Positions 32,244 to 41,302 of a stretch of DNA of 64,000 nt are shown here, one piece after another. The first letter of the stretch is position 1. Each line of letters opens with the position of its first letter. The DNA is from a virus (taxonomy: Duplodnaviria; Caudoviricetes): the IMG/VR virus record IMGVR_UViG_3300009082_000959. One strand, 5' to 3'. A program made the translations under genes and the position numbers. The notes beneath the pieces were generated by a model. That model searched no databases. It saw nothing but the letters and a program-made list of their open reading frames with translations, and was not told the origin of the DNA.

Positions 32244-33390
32244 TCAATCATCTACTAAAATAGATAAGCGTGTTTTAAAAGCAATGGAACCCTATCTAAC
32301 AGAACATTTTGCAAACCCAGCAGCAGCCCATTTTGCGGCAGAGGAACCACGGCAAGCAATCGAAATGGCTCGCAATAATGTATCTTACTTGATTAAGGCA
32401 AAACCAGAAAATTTATATTTTACTAATTCAGCAACAGAATCGAATAATATAGTTTTACAGGGTCGTTTAGCGAATCATAGGAAAAATAGCAATAATGCCG
32501 CAATCATTATTACATCAAACATAGAACATTCTTCTGTTTCAAAAACGCTTCAAAATATGTGGTCGAAAGATAATCTTTTTTTCAATCAAACTTTAAAGAT
32601 AAATAGCAACGGTGAAATTGATTTAGACAAACTCAATCATACAATTAAAAATTATTTCAGCAATCGTGTTATTCTGGTTTCTATCATAGCGGCGAGCAAC
32701 GAAATAGGTGTAATAAATAATCTGTCCGACATAGGTGCGATTTGCAAGCGTCACAATGTTTTATTTCACACAGACGCAACACAGGCAATTGGAAAAGTTG
32801 ATATTGATGTCAATGCCATGAATATATTTGCTTTGACTTTCAACGCTCACAAAATTAATGGGCCAAAGGGAGTTGGTGCTTTGTTTGTTAGAAATCCTAA
32901 TTTAGTTGAGCCACTAATACACGGAGGATATCAGAACACTTTTTCATCAGGGACACAAAATGTTCCGGCAATAGTTGGGTTTGGAGAAGCATGTGATATA
33001 CTACGAAAAGAAGGGAAAAAAGAAAATGAAAGAATTAGTTATAGACGTGATTTGTTATGGAGAAATTTATCTTCCAGCATTCCTGATATTTTTATCAACG
33101 GCACAATGAAAAATCGTTTGCCAAACAACCTAAACATTACTATAAAAGGAGTTAAGGCAGAAATTTTGGTCAAGGGAATGAGTGATGTTGCGGTTTCCGG
33201 AGGTTCTGCGTGTAATTCTGGAAATCTGGAACCCTCGCTGGTAATATTGGCGCTCGGAACACCCTATCCTGATTGTGCTATAAGAATTAGTCTTGGAAGA
33301 TTCACCACAATGGCCGATTGTGAATATGCGGCAAAAAAGATTAAAGACATAGTAGAAAGTGTTAGGTGCAACAATGAAACCAAAATATAA
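32227..33390 (+). CDS. iscS: Cysteine desulfurase (IscS/NifS family)
   Basis: IYLDNQSST, HTDATQAIGK, PLP lysine in NAHKINGPKGVG, catalytic Cys in SGGSACNSG. Confidence 0.92.
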   Translation: MIYLDNQSSTKIDKRVLKAMEPYLTEHFANPAAAHFAAEEPRQAIEMARNNVSYLIKAKPENLYFTNSATESNNIVLQGRLANHRKNSNNAAIIITSNIEHSSVSKTLQNMWSKDNLFFNQTLKINSNGEIDLDKLNHTIKNYFSNRVILVSIIAASNEIGVINNLSDIGAICKRHNVLFHTDATQAIGKVDIDVNAMNIFALTFNAHKINGPKGVGALFVRNPNLVEPLIHGGYQNTFSSGTQNVPAIVGFGEACDILRKEGKKENERISYRRDLLWRNLSSSIPDIFINGTMKNRLPNNLNITIKGVKAEILVKGMSDVAVSGGSACNSGNLEPSLVILALGTPYPDCAIRISLGRFTTMADCEYAAKKIKDIVESVRCNNETKI

Positions 33391-33868
33391 AGTTGGAGAA
33401 ATAGTATTTGACAAAAACGGAGAGCAAGTAAAAGTAATTAAATTTAATCGCAATGAATATATCGTTGAGCCAATCAATAAGCGTTCAGAAAAAGAATCAG
33501 AGCTATTTGCTTCAAAATTAGAATCAGAAAATTATAGTAAAGTAAAAGATTTATTAATAGATAAAGAAAAAAAGTTAGATAAAATTAAATATAATAAGAT
33601 GGAAATAAATAAGTGTAAGAAATTAATAGAAAAATTTAATCGTAAATTAGAAACCGCGCAAAATAAAATATTAACATTAAAGTCTTTTCCAGATAGATTG
33701 ATAAACAGTATTTATAATTTAAGAGATGAAATATACGACAAAAAATCATATATTATAAATTGTAAAACTAATAGTCGCTACCTAAAAGAAAATATAAAAG
33801 ACATTGATAGAGATATAGAAGAACTTAAAAAAGAGCATTTAATTATTCAGTTGGCAGGTATTCAATGA
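33374..33868 (+). CDS. KxKVGD / coiled-coil / LxG-tail family protein
   Basis: MKPKYKVGEIVFD...KEHLIIQLAGIQ. Confidence 0.65.
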   Translation: MKPKYKVGEIVFDKNGEQVKVIKFNRNEYIVEPINKRSEKESELFASKLESENYSKVKDLLIDKEKKLDKIKYNKMEINKCKKLIEKFNRKLETAQNKILTLKSFPDRLINSIYNLRDEIYDKKSYIINCKTNSRYLKENIKDIDRDIEELKKEHLIIQLAGIQ

Positions 33869-34380
33869 AACCAAAATATAATGTTGGGGATATAGTGCTT
33901 GATAGGCACCAACACGCATTAAAAATAATTGATATACAAAAAACTAATGGAAGAATAAAATATTTTCTAAATTTTGCCGAGCCCATAGAAGCAGATGGTG
34001 AGAGTTTGTTTAAAACAAGAGATGATGTTATACGATTTAATAATATGGAATTTTTATTGGAAAGAAATTACGAAACAAAACGAACTATTAAGTATTACAA
34101 AAAACAAAAAAATAAGAACCAATCGATGCTGAAAAAGAATAAGGAAAAACTTCGTTGCATGAAAATAGAGTTGAAAAATAGAAAACGGCAGAATCTTGCA
34201 ATTTATGGGATATCTAAAAATATTGATAAGTTAGAGCAAACAATTCAACAAAGAATACGCAAAATTAGTGCAATTAATAGGATATTTAAAGATTGTGATG
34301 CCGAACAAAAAGAAATTAATGATAGTATTAAAGAACTTGAAAAAGAATACTTAATACTTTATTTAGCCGGAGTAAATTAG
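33865..34380 (+). CDS. KxKVGD / coiled-coil / LxG-tail family protein
   Basis: MKPKYNVGDIVLD...KEYLILYLAGVN. Confidence 0.65.
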   Translation: MKPKYNVGDIVLDRHQHALKIIDIQKTNGRIKYFLNFAEPIEADGESLFKTRDDVIRFNNMEFLLERNYETKRTIKYYKKQKNKNQSMLKKNKEKLRCMKIELKNRKRQNLAIYGISKNIDKLEQTIQQRIRKISAINRIFKDCDAEQKEINDSIKELEKEYLILYLAGVN

Positions 34381-34382
34381 AA

Positions 34383-34703
34383 ATGAACAGAAAACGAAAA
34401 ACATTGGAGAAACTCGCCAAGGATGTTGGCGTAGCAACCGCAAAGAGTTATTTTGAGATGTTTTATGACGAAAAAAATCGTGGCGAATATTTTCGTTGGG
34501 AATACTTACCAAATTTAGCATATAGAATGGCAATTGCACAAATGGGAACAAGTTGCTCTGAAAGAGAATATGAAAGACTTGGAAAACATTTAGTAATAAT
34601 TGCTGGTGACTCTGCATTTGAAGAAGCAAAAGGGTTAATTGAGCAAAAGTTTCCAGGAACAATAATAGTAGAAAAAGAGGAGAACTATGAAGAAAAATAT
34701 TGA
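34383..34703 (+). CDS. Hypothetical protein
   Basis: ORF track. Confidence 0.55.
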   Translation: MNRKRKTLEKLAKDVGVATAKSYFEMFYDEKNRGEYFRWEYLPNLAYRMAIAQMGTSCSEREYERLGKHLVIIAGDSAFEEAKGLIEQKFPGTIIVEKEENYEEKY

Positions 34704-34758
34704 TACAAAGAATCGTATAGTTGATTATTGGGATATTAGCACTCTAACTGTTTTATAA
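34687..34758 (+). pseudogene. Truncated duplicate 5' end of the 35740 gene
   Basis: MKKNIDTKNRIVDY... vs MKKNIDIANRVVEY...; 20 identical nt TATGAAGAAAAATATTGATA at 34686 and 35739. Confidence 0.7.
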
Positions 34759-34792
34759 TTTAAGTAATTATTAAAATTAGGTTATAATATAG

Positions 34793-35743
34793 ATGAAAAT
34801 TTGCACCAAATGTAAAGTTGTGAAAAATGAAAATGAATTTAGCAAAGATAAAAGAAATAAAGATGGACTACATTATAATTGCAGAGATTGCAATAGTGAA
34901 AGAAATAAACAATACTATGAAAAGAATAAGGGAAAAGTTATTAAACATGCAAAAAATTATTATGAAAATAATAAAGAAAAAATTGCCATAGCAAAAAATA
35001 AATATTACCTGAACAATAAGGAAAAATTTATAGAGTATCAAAAACAGTATCGGGAAAATAATGTAGAAAAGATATACACATATCAAAAAGAATATCGCGC
35101 AAAAAATAATGAGAAGGTAGTAAAATATTCCAAAGAATATTGTGCGGCAAATAAATATAAAATAGCAGAATATCAAAAAGAATACTATGTAAAAAATAAA
35201 GATACAGTAGAAAAATATCAAAAAGAATACTATGTAAAAAATAAAGATACAATTTTGATTAACATAAGACAATATTATAAAAACAATAAAGAAAAAATTT
35301 CGGGCAAGGCGAAACAATATCGTAAGAATAATCAAGAAAAGATTGCGATAATGAGAAAACACTATCGATCAAAGAATGTTGCGAAAATATCGGAAAGCTA
35401 CAGAAAAAGATTGAAAACCGATATTAATTATAAATTGTCTTGTAATCTTAGGTGCCGTTTAAATAGGGCAATTAAAAATAATCAAAAGGCTGGTTCTGCC
35501 GTTAAAGATTTGGGCTGTTCAATACCAGAATTGAAAATTTGGATAGAACAACAGTTTAAACCCGGAATGACTTGGGAAAATTACGGTGAGTGGCACATTG
35601 ATCATATAATACCTCTTTCAAAATTTGATTTAACGGATAGAAAGCAATTTTTGAAAGCTTGCCATTAGTTTAATTTACAGCCACTTTGGGCCAAAGACAA
35701 TTTAAAGAAATCTAATAAATATAAAAAAGGAGATAATTTATGA
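34793..35743 (+). pseudogene. HNH homing endonuclease with in-frame TAG at 35666-35668
   Basis: WENYGEWHIDHIIP...ACH*FNLQPLWAKDNLKKSNK; the frame continues to TGA 35743, which overlaps the next ATG. Confidence 0.85.
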
Positions 35744-35988
35744 AGAAAAATATTGATATTGCAAATAGAGTTGTTGAATATAGTAATGTAGAATCTACTT
35801 GTGCCATTGAAGATGAGGTGGTTGGTTATTTAAAACGCCAAATGAAGGTTGTATTTAGAGATGCGTTATTCAACAACAGAAAATTCGTGTTTATTAGAGG
35901 GCCAGGAGACCAGAGCAGTAATTCGATTATGGTAAGTTCTTATAGGCGTAAAAATCCTGGTGAAAAGGTATCTATCTCATTTCAATGA
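35740..35988 (+). CDS. Hypothetical protein
   Basis: SD AAGGAG; ORF track. Confidence 0.6.
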   Translation: MKKNIDIANRVVEYSNVESTCAIEDEVVGYLKRQMKVVFRDALFNNRKFVFIRGPGDQSSNSIMVSSYRRKNPGEKVSISFQ

Positions 35989-36185
35989 ATAAAGAATACA
36001 ATAATGTCAGCATAAATAATATAAAGCTTATTTATGTAAGTGTTTTTAAGCATCATCACAAAATTGCTGGGTTTGACTGGTCGGATTTGGATACAGATGT
36101 TTTATATATATCACTTACGGCACCAGATTATCTTGACATTAAATTTAGAACTGTTGATGTTCCCATTTGGATAACAAATAAATAG
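35985..36185 (+). CDS. Short-ORF family member
   Basis: IKLIYVSVFKHHHKI. Confidence 0.6.
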   Translation: MNKEYNNVSINNIKLIYVSVFKHHHKIAGFDWSDLDTDVLYISLTAPDYLDIKFRTVDVPIWITNK

Positions 36186-36215
36186 AGGCACCTCTCTAAA
36201 TACAAAGGAGTAAAA

Positions 36216-36812
36216 ATGATTAGTCAAATGAATATGAGCGAATTGTTTCGTAGAATAATAATTTCCGGTTCAATTAGAGAAGATACTGCCTCTCAATTTT
36301 TGGAGCAAATTACTGCTCTTGAATGTATGGATGTAACTAAACCAATTAGTGTTTATATAGATACTTATGGCGGCAGTTTGGATGCTGCAATTACAATATA
36401 TGATGCTATGAAGTCGTGTTGTTGCCCCATTAACACAATTGGAATAGGCAAAGTAATGTCGGCTGGGGTTTTGTTGTTGGCCGCAGGAGATAAAGGAAGC
36501 AGATTTATAACCGACAATACAAGGGTAATGATACACGAAGTTTCCGCCGGCGCAATTGGATCTGTAAGCGAAATGGAAGCATCATTGGAAGAAATAAGAC
36601 ATCAGCAAGAAAAATATATAGAGTTGCTATCAAAAAATTGTGGTGCAAAGAAAGATGAATTATTGGAGGACATGCAGTGTGAAACATTTATGTCAGCAGC
36701 AGAAGCAGTCAAATATGGGATTGCAGACAGAATCGTTCCAATCAGACAACACACCCAAAAAACATACCCAAAACAAAAGAAGAAAGTATCAGCCAAGAAA
36801 ACAAAGAAGTAA
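36216..36812 (+). CDS. clpP: ClpP-family protease
   Basis: YIDTYGGS, GKVMSAG (Ser), MIHEVS (His), FMSAAEAVKYGIADRI; third triad position is Glu. Confidence 0.9.
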   Translation: MISQMNMSELFRRIIISGSIREDTASQFLEQITALECMDVTKPISVYIDTYGGSLDAAITIYDAMKSCCCPINTIGIGKVMSAGVLLLAAGDKGSRFITDNTRVMIHEVSAGAIGSVSEMEASLEEIRHQQEKYIELLSKNCGAKKDELLEDMQCETFMSAAEAVKYGIADRIVPIRQHTQKTYPKQKKKVSAKKTKK

Positions 36813-36827
36813 GATGGAGATATAATT

Positions 36828-37664
36828 ATGAAAGTCAAGGAATTCTTTAAGCAAGCAAGATTATACGTAAATGTTCATCCATTTCATATTGTAATGACTG
36901 TTGCAATGATTACAATGTTTGTTATGCATATTTCTCACTATATGATGACTGGCACCATGTATAATTGGGTTGCTAAAAATAGCAATGATATAGCAACAAG
37001 TAATATCAAAAATATGCTTAATCGCAATTCAGATAGAAAAGAATTCCTTGACGTGGTGGAGTTAAAAGGAAGCGAATGTGCTAAAAATTTGGCAGCAGTT
37101 AAAGAAGAAACTAATTCAAAGATTGATATTCTCAATAGCTCCATAGACCCAGAAAACAAAAAGAGAAAGTTAATAGAAAAGGTGAGGATAGCAATATCAG
37201 AAAACACTAATACTAAATTAGAAATAAGAGAGTTAAATAATATATCGATAGCAGTTGTTGATTATAGCTATCATTATAATTTGTCAATAGCAAAAGTTTT
37301 AGCACAAATAAGACAAGAAAGCAATTTTGTAATCACAGCACGTTCCCCGGCTAATGCGCAAGGATTAATGCAAGTTATACCAGAAACATGGGAATATGTT
37401 TCCTTGAAAGAATTTGAACGGAAAAATGCAAGCCCGGACAATGTTTATCATAATATAAAAGCAGGATGTTTTTATATGTCGGAACAACTTTTTAAATTCA
37501 ATAATTTTGACGATGCCTTGCGGGCATATAATTGGGGTCCTGATAAAGTCAGGAAATTGCGTGCAGGAGAAATTGATGAAAAACATATTCCGCAAGAAAC
37601 CATTGAGTATGTTGTTAGCATAAATAAATGGATTAAAGTTTTTGAAAGATATGGTTTGGAGTAA
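36828..37664 (+). CDS. Lytic transglycosylase (SLT) with N-terminal transmembrane anchor
   Basis: QIRQESNF, AQGLMQVIPET, ALRAYNWG; N-terminal hydrophobic helix. Confidence 0.85.
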   Translation: MKVKEFFKQARLYVNVHPFHIVMTVAMITMFVMHISHYMMTGTMYNWVAKNSNDIATSNIKNMLNRNSDRKEFLDVVELKGSECAKNLAAVKEETNSKIDILNSSIDPENKKRKLIEKVRIAISENTNTKLEIRELNNISIAVVDYSYHYNLSIAKVLAQIRQESNFVITARSPANAQGLMQVIPETWEYVSLKEFERKNASPDNVYHNIKAGCFYMSEQLFKFNNFDDALRAYNWGPDKVRKLRAGEIDEKHIPQETIEYVVSINKWIKVFERYGLE

Positions 37665-38257
37665 TGAACAAATTAGAAATTTGGGAAAATATTGCAAAAG
37701 AAGTTCAGTGTTGTGAAAAATGCGATTTAGGGTGTCAAAAAGAATTGGACGGGCACGATGTTCATGTTATGGGTCAGGGAAATTTAGACGCTGACGTAAT
37801 GTTTATTGCAGAGGCTGCCGGTCTTCAAGAGACCATACATAAACGCCCGCTTACGCCGCCAGGAACATCTGGTAAAATTTTTGAAAAGTTATTGGCTAAT
37901 TTGGGTCTAAACAGAGAGCAAGTATATACAACCAATGTTTGTTTGTGCAGGCCAGAAAAAAATAGAGACCCGGAGCCTTGGGAAATTTTAAAATGCAAAC
38001 CATTTTTAAAGAGACAATTAGAATTAGTTGGCCCAAAAATCATTGTCACATTTGGAAGATTTGCTGCTCAAATATTTTTAAATGATGTAAAAATAACGAG
38101 AGACCATGGGCAATTAAAAAAGTCCAGTAATTTTGATTTTAATGTTTTCCCATTATATCATCCGGCATACATAGGGGCTTATGCTCCGGAAGAAAAAAGA
38201 GTAGAATTTAAAAACGATGTAATTACTTTGAAAAAAATATTAGAGAACACGAGGTAA
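37664..38257 (+). CDS. Uracil-DNA glycosylase, family 4 (Fe-S)
   Basis: CEKCDLGC, FIAEAAG, TNVCLCRP, LYHPAY. Confidence 0.88.
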   Translation: MNKLEIWENIAKEVQCCEKCDLGCQKELDGHDVHVMGQGNLDADVMFIAEAAGLQETIHKRPLTPPGTSGKIFEKLLANLGLNREQVYTTNVCLCRPEKNRDPEPWEILKCKPFLKRQLELVGPKIIVTFGRFAAQIFLNDVKITRDHGQLKKSSNFDFNVFPLYHPAYIGAYAPEEKRVEFKNDVITLKKILENTR

Positions 38258-38259
38258 GT

Positions 38260-38763
38260 ATGTTAGGTCCGCGTAAAGATTTTTTGTGCTGGGACGATAC
38301 CTGGATGTCCATAGCGCAGGTAATGGCCATGAGAAGCAAAGACCCATCAACGCAGGTTGCCGCCGTTGTTGTTAGTCAATCAAATAGAATGGTTGGAATA
38401 GGTTATAATGGCTTTCCATCTGGGTGCAATAGCAATGCTCTTCCGTGGGATAAGGTAGGAGACCCGCTTAATACGAAATATCTATATGTTTCTCATGCAG
38501 AGGCAAATGCTCTTGACAAAAGCATACAAGATACAAATGGTTGTAAATTATACACAACTCTTTATCCGTGTAATCAATGCGCCATAAGGATAATCCAACG
38601 TGGAATCACAGAAGTAATTTATTTGTCAGACAAGTATCATGACACAGATGAGGCGCAGGCGGCAAGAAAGATGTTTGATTTAGCAAATATTAAGACAAGA
38701 AAATTTGAACCAAAGATAGATAGTTTTGTAATCAATTTAAAAGACCCAGTAAGGTCCGGCTAA
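38260..38763 (+). CDS. dCMP deaminase
   Basis: RSKDPSTQV, GYNGFP, HAEANAL, YPCNQCA. Confidence 0.92.
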   Translation: MLGPRKDFLCWDDTWMSIAQVMAMRSKDPSTQVAAVVVSQSNRMVGIGYNGFPSGCNSNALPWDKVGDPLNTKYLYVSHAEANALDKSIQDTNGCKLYTTLYPCNQCAIRIIQRGITEVIYLSDKYHDTDEAQAARKMFDLANIKTRKFEPKIDSFVINLKDPVRSG

Positions 38764-39074
38764 TGAAGGCAATTATAACGCTTGGGTGCGAGGGATATCA
38801 AGACCAGGGATTTATTTTTTGCCCAAAAGTAGAGAACAAACTCATTGACTTGGAAAAAATTGTTGGGTCTAAAAATTATTTTCAAGTCATTCAATATTTG
38901 GATTCGGTAGCAAAAATATTTGACGGGCCTTGTAATAATCTTAATATAATAACAAACGTAATGTATAAATTATATACACTTGAATATCTCACAGAAAAAC
39001 AATATTATGATTTAGCATATTTTTATAATATGCACAGAAAGTGTGGATTAATATTAGAATCAAAACTTAAATAA
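38763..39074 (+). CDS. Hypothetical protein
   Basis: ORF track, coupled. Confidence 0.6.
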   Translation: MKAIITLGCEGYQDQGFIFCPKVENKLIDLEKIVGSKNYFQVIQYLDSVAKIFDGPCNNLNIITNVMYKLYTLEYLTEKQYYDLAYFYNMHRKCGLILESKLK

Positions 39075-39083
39075 AGGAGCAAA

Positions 39084-39455
39084 ATGGCAAAACCAGACAA
39101 CGCACAGATTCAACCACCACAAGCATCTTTTGATGTTCAGCAAGACTATGAAAGAAGAAAGAAAGAATTAGAAAGATCGTTTAAAGAGTTTCACAGGTTA
39201 GTTGGTAAAAAAGTATTAGACACAAATAAGTCACCGGAAGTTAAAAAAGCAGAACTCGCAGTAGTAAATGATTTAGTTAAAGCAGCACAATCACTTGATA
39301 ATGTGAATGTTGGAGAAGGTATTTTGGCTCTGGCATCAATAGCAATTAGAGAACAATTAATTGTTAGAGATAGAGTAAATCAGCTCGAATACGAATTATG
39401 TAAAGCCTTAAAAGATATTTCTGATTTAAAGGCAGCCAATGTCAAACCGAAGTAA
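39084..39455 (+). CDS. Hypothetical coiled-coil protein
   Basis: SD AAGGAG. Confidence 0.65.
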   Translation: MAKPDNAQIQPPQASFDVQQDYERRKKELERSFKEFHRLVGKKVLDTNKSPEVKKAELAVVNDLVKAAQSLDNVNVGEGILALASIAIREQLIVRDRVNQLEYELCKALKDISDLKAANVKPK

Positions 39456-39657
39456 AGAATTAGAAGAAATAAGATTATATATAGAGACACTTGATACGGA
39501 GGAGCAAAATGCTCACTCCCATTTATTAAATACTCTCCAAAACACAATAGGTAGAACTTTTGAATTTGAAAATGTTGCAAAAGTTTTGAGAGAAGTATTG
39601 AATGCCAAATTAGGCATACTTGAAAAAATACGAAAGAAAATTCAAACATATGGGTAA
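39439..39657 (+). CDS. Hypothetical protein
   Basis: ORF track. Confidence 0.55.
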   Translation: MSNRSKELEEIRLYIETLDTEEQNAHSHLLNTLQNTIGRTFEFENVAKVLREVLNAKLGILEKIRKKIQTYG

Positions 39658-40699
39658 TCAAGCCGAAGAAATGGCAGAGATTTTGTTGCAATTAAAAATA
39701 AATGCAGACATAATAAGTATAGATAACAGTGGAACTCTAACAAAATATTATCTTAAATTAAATCCAGGGGCCAAAGTATCTAAAATAGAAAATTGTTCTA
39801 CGGAGATAGCGCTTGGTATAAAATCTTATAGTAAGCCAATAATAAAAGTGGTATTAGAGCAGGGACTGGTTGTTCTTGAAGTATTGTCCAAACCAATAAA
39901 TTTTGTTGGCTTTTCAGAGTTGGCATGTGATATTTTGGCAGATAATAATTTGCCAATCCTATTAGGCAGGACACACGACGGAAAAGACCTAACAATTGAT
40001 TTAACAAAAATGCCACACTTGCTTGTGGCAGGAACAACCGGTTCTGGTAAATCTGTGCTGCTTCACTCAATGATAGCAAGCATTTTAACATTTAGTAATG
40101 CTAATTTAGTTTTGATAGACCCCAAGAAAGTAGAGTTTTCACATTACGCAAATATTAAAGAGTTGTTGTTTCCAATTATAACCGAAACCGAAGAAGCAGG
40201 AAAAGTTTTGTCCGACTTAATCAGCGAAATGGAAAACCGCTTTAAGTTTATGTCCAAGCATAGGATGAACAATATATCTATGGCAAAGGGTCAATTTAAG
40301 TATATTGTCCTCGTGATAGATGAATTTTCTGACCTGAACCAAACATCTAAAAAAGAGTTTCAGAATGACCTTTGTCGTTTAGCGCAAAAATCAAGAGCGT
40401 GCGGAATTCATATAATCATGGCAACACAAAGGCCATCCGTCGATGTGGTGACTGGTCTAATAAAAGCCAACTTTCCAACAAGAATAAGTTGTCGTGTCCC
40501 AACTTTGGTGGATAGTAGGGTTATATTGGGTTGCTCTGGCGCAGAAAAATTACTTGGAAACGGAGACTCACTAATCAATGTTGGAAGTGATTTAATAAGA
40601 TTTCAGGGTGCGTTCTTGTCTCAATCTGATATAATACAATTATCAAAAGCACATGAGATGAGCTGGCACTCGAAAATTTTTAATATGATTGGAATTTAA
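39650..40699 (+). CDS. FtsK/SpoIIIE-family ATPase (motor domain only)
   Basis: PHLLVAGTTGSGKS, LIDPKKVE, IVLVIDEFSDL, ATQRPSVDV, GAEKLLGNGD. Confidence 0.92.
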   Translation: MGNQAEEMAEILLQLKINADIISIDNSGTLTKYYLKLNPGAKVSKIENCSTEIALGIKSYSKPIIKVVLEQGLVVLEVLSKPINFVGFSELACDILADNNLPILLGRTHDGKDLTIDLTKMPHLLVAGTTGSGKSVLLHSMIASILTFSNANLVLIDPKKVEFSHYANIKELLFPIITETEEAGKVLSDLISEMENRFKFMSKHRMNNISMAKGQFKYIVLVIDEFSDLNQTSKKEFQNDLCRLAQKSRACGIHIIMATQRPSVDVVTGLIKANFPTRISCRVPTLVDSRVILGCSGAEKLLGNGDSLINVGSDLIRFQGAFLSQSDIIQLSKAHEMSWHSKIFNMIGI

Positions 40700-41302
40700 A
40701 TGTCGTGGATAGATAAAGATGATCCAGTTGTTGAATATGATAATTTTATAGATATCATTGTAGAAAAAGTTCCAATTTTACAAGTTTTGGATAAATTTGG
40801 AATTGAATATTCGGAGTGCAAGAGTGGAAATTTTACACATAGGGCGAAATGTCCTCTACCACTTCACAGCAATGGTTGCGAAAGAACTGCGTCTTTTTAT
40901 ATTTCTGATATAAATAATAGTTTTTGTTGTTTTGGCTGCAATTCAAACTCTAATTCAATAGGGTTCGTGGAATTATATACTGGAAAACCATACAATGTTG
41001 CTGCAAGATGGTTGGCAGAACAGTTTGGTGTGTGCGGAGATGGAAATGAAGATATTACCATTAAACGAAGGTCACCGGAAGAAATTCCAATCACCCATAT
41101 ACATAAATCTGGCGTTGTTATAAGAGATTTTCTTACGACAATGAAAGACACAGAAGACTATAATAAATGGTGTAAGTGGGCTGATAAAAGATTCGATACA
41201 CTTGATAAATACATAGATACACTAAAAGATGACGAGTGGGAGACAGCCAAAAAATATTACGATAAGGTTGTTTCATTTTTAAACAAAGGTGGTAGTAAAT
41301 GA
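40700..41302 (+). CDS. Stand-alone CHC2 zinc-finger (DnaG zinc-binding domain) protein
   Basis: KCPLPLH...ERTASFYI...FCCFGC; no TOPRIM domain. Confidence 0.8.
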   Translation: MSWIDKDDPVVEYDNFIDIIVEKVPILQVLDKFGIEYSECKSGNFTHRAKCPLPLHSNGCERTASFYISDINNSFCCFGCNSNSNSIGFVELYTGKPYNVAARWLAEQFGVCGDGNEDITIKRRSPEEIPITHIHKSGVVIRDFLTTMKDTEDYNKWCKWADKRFDTLDKYIDTLKDDEWETAKKYYDKVVSFLNKGGSK

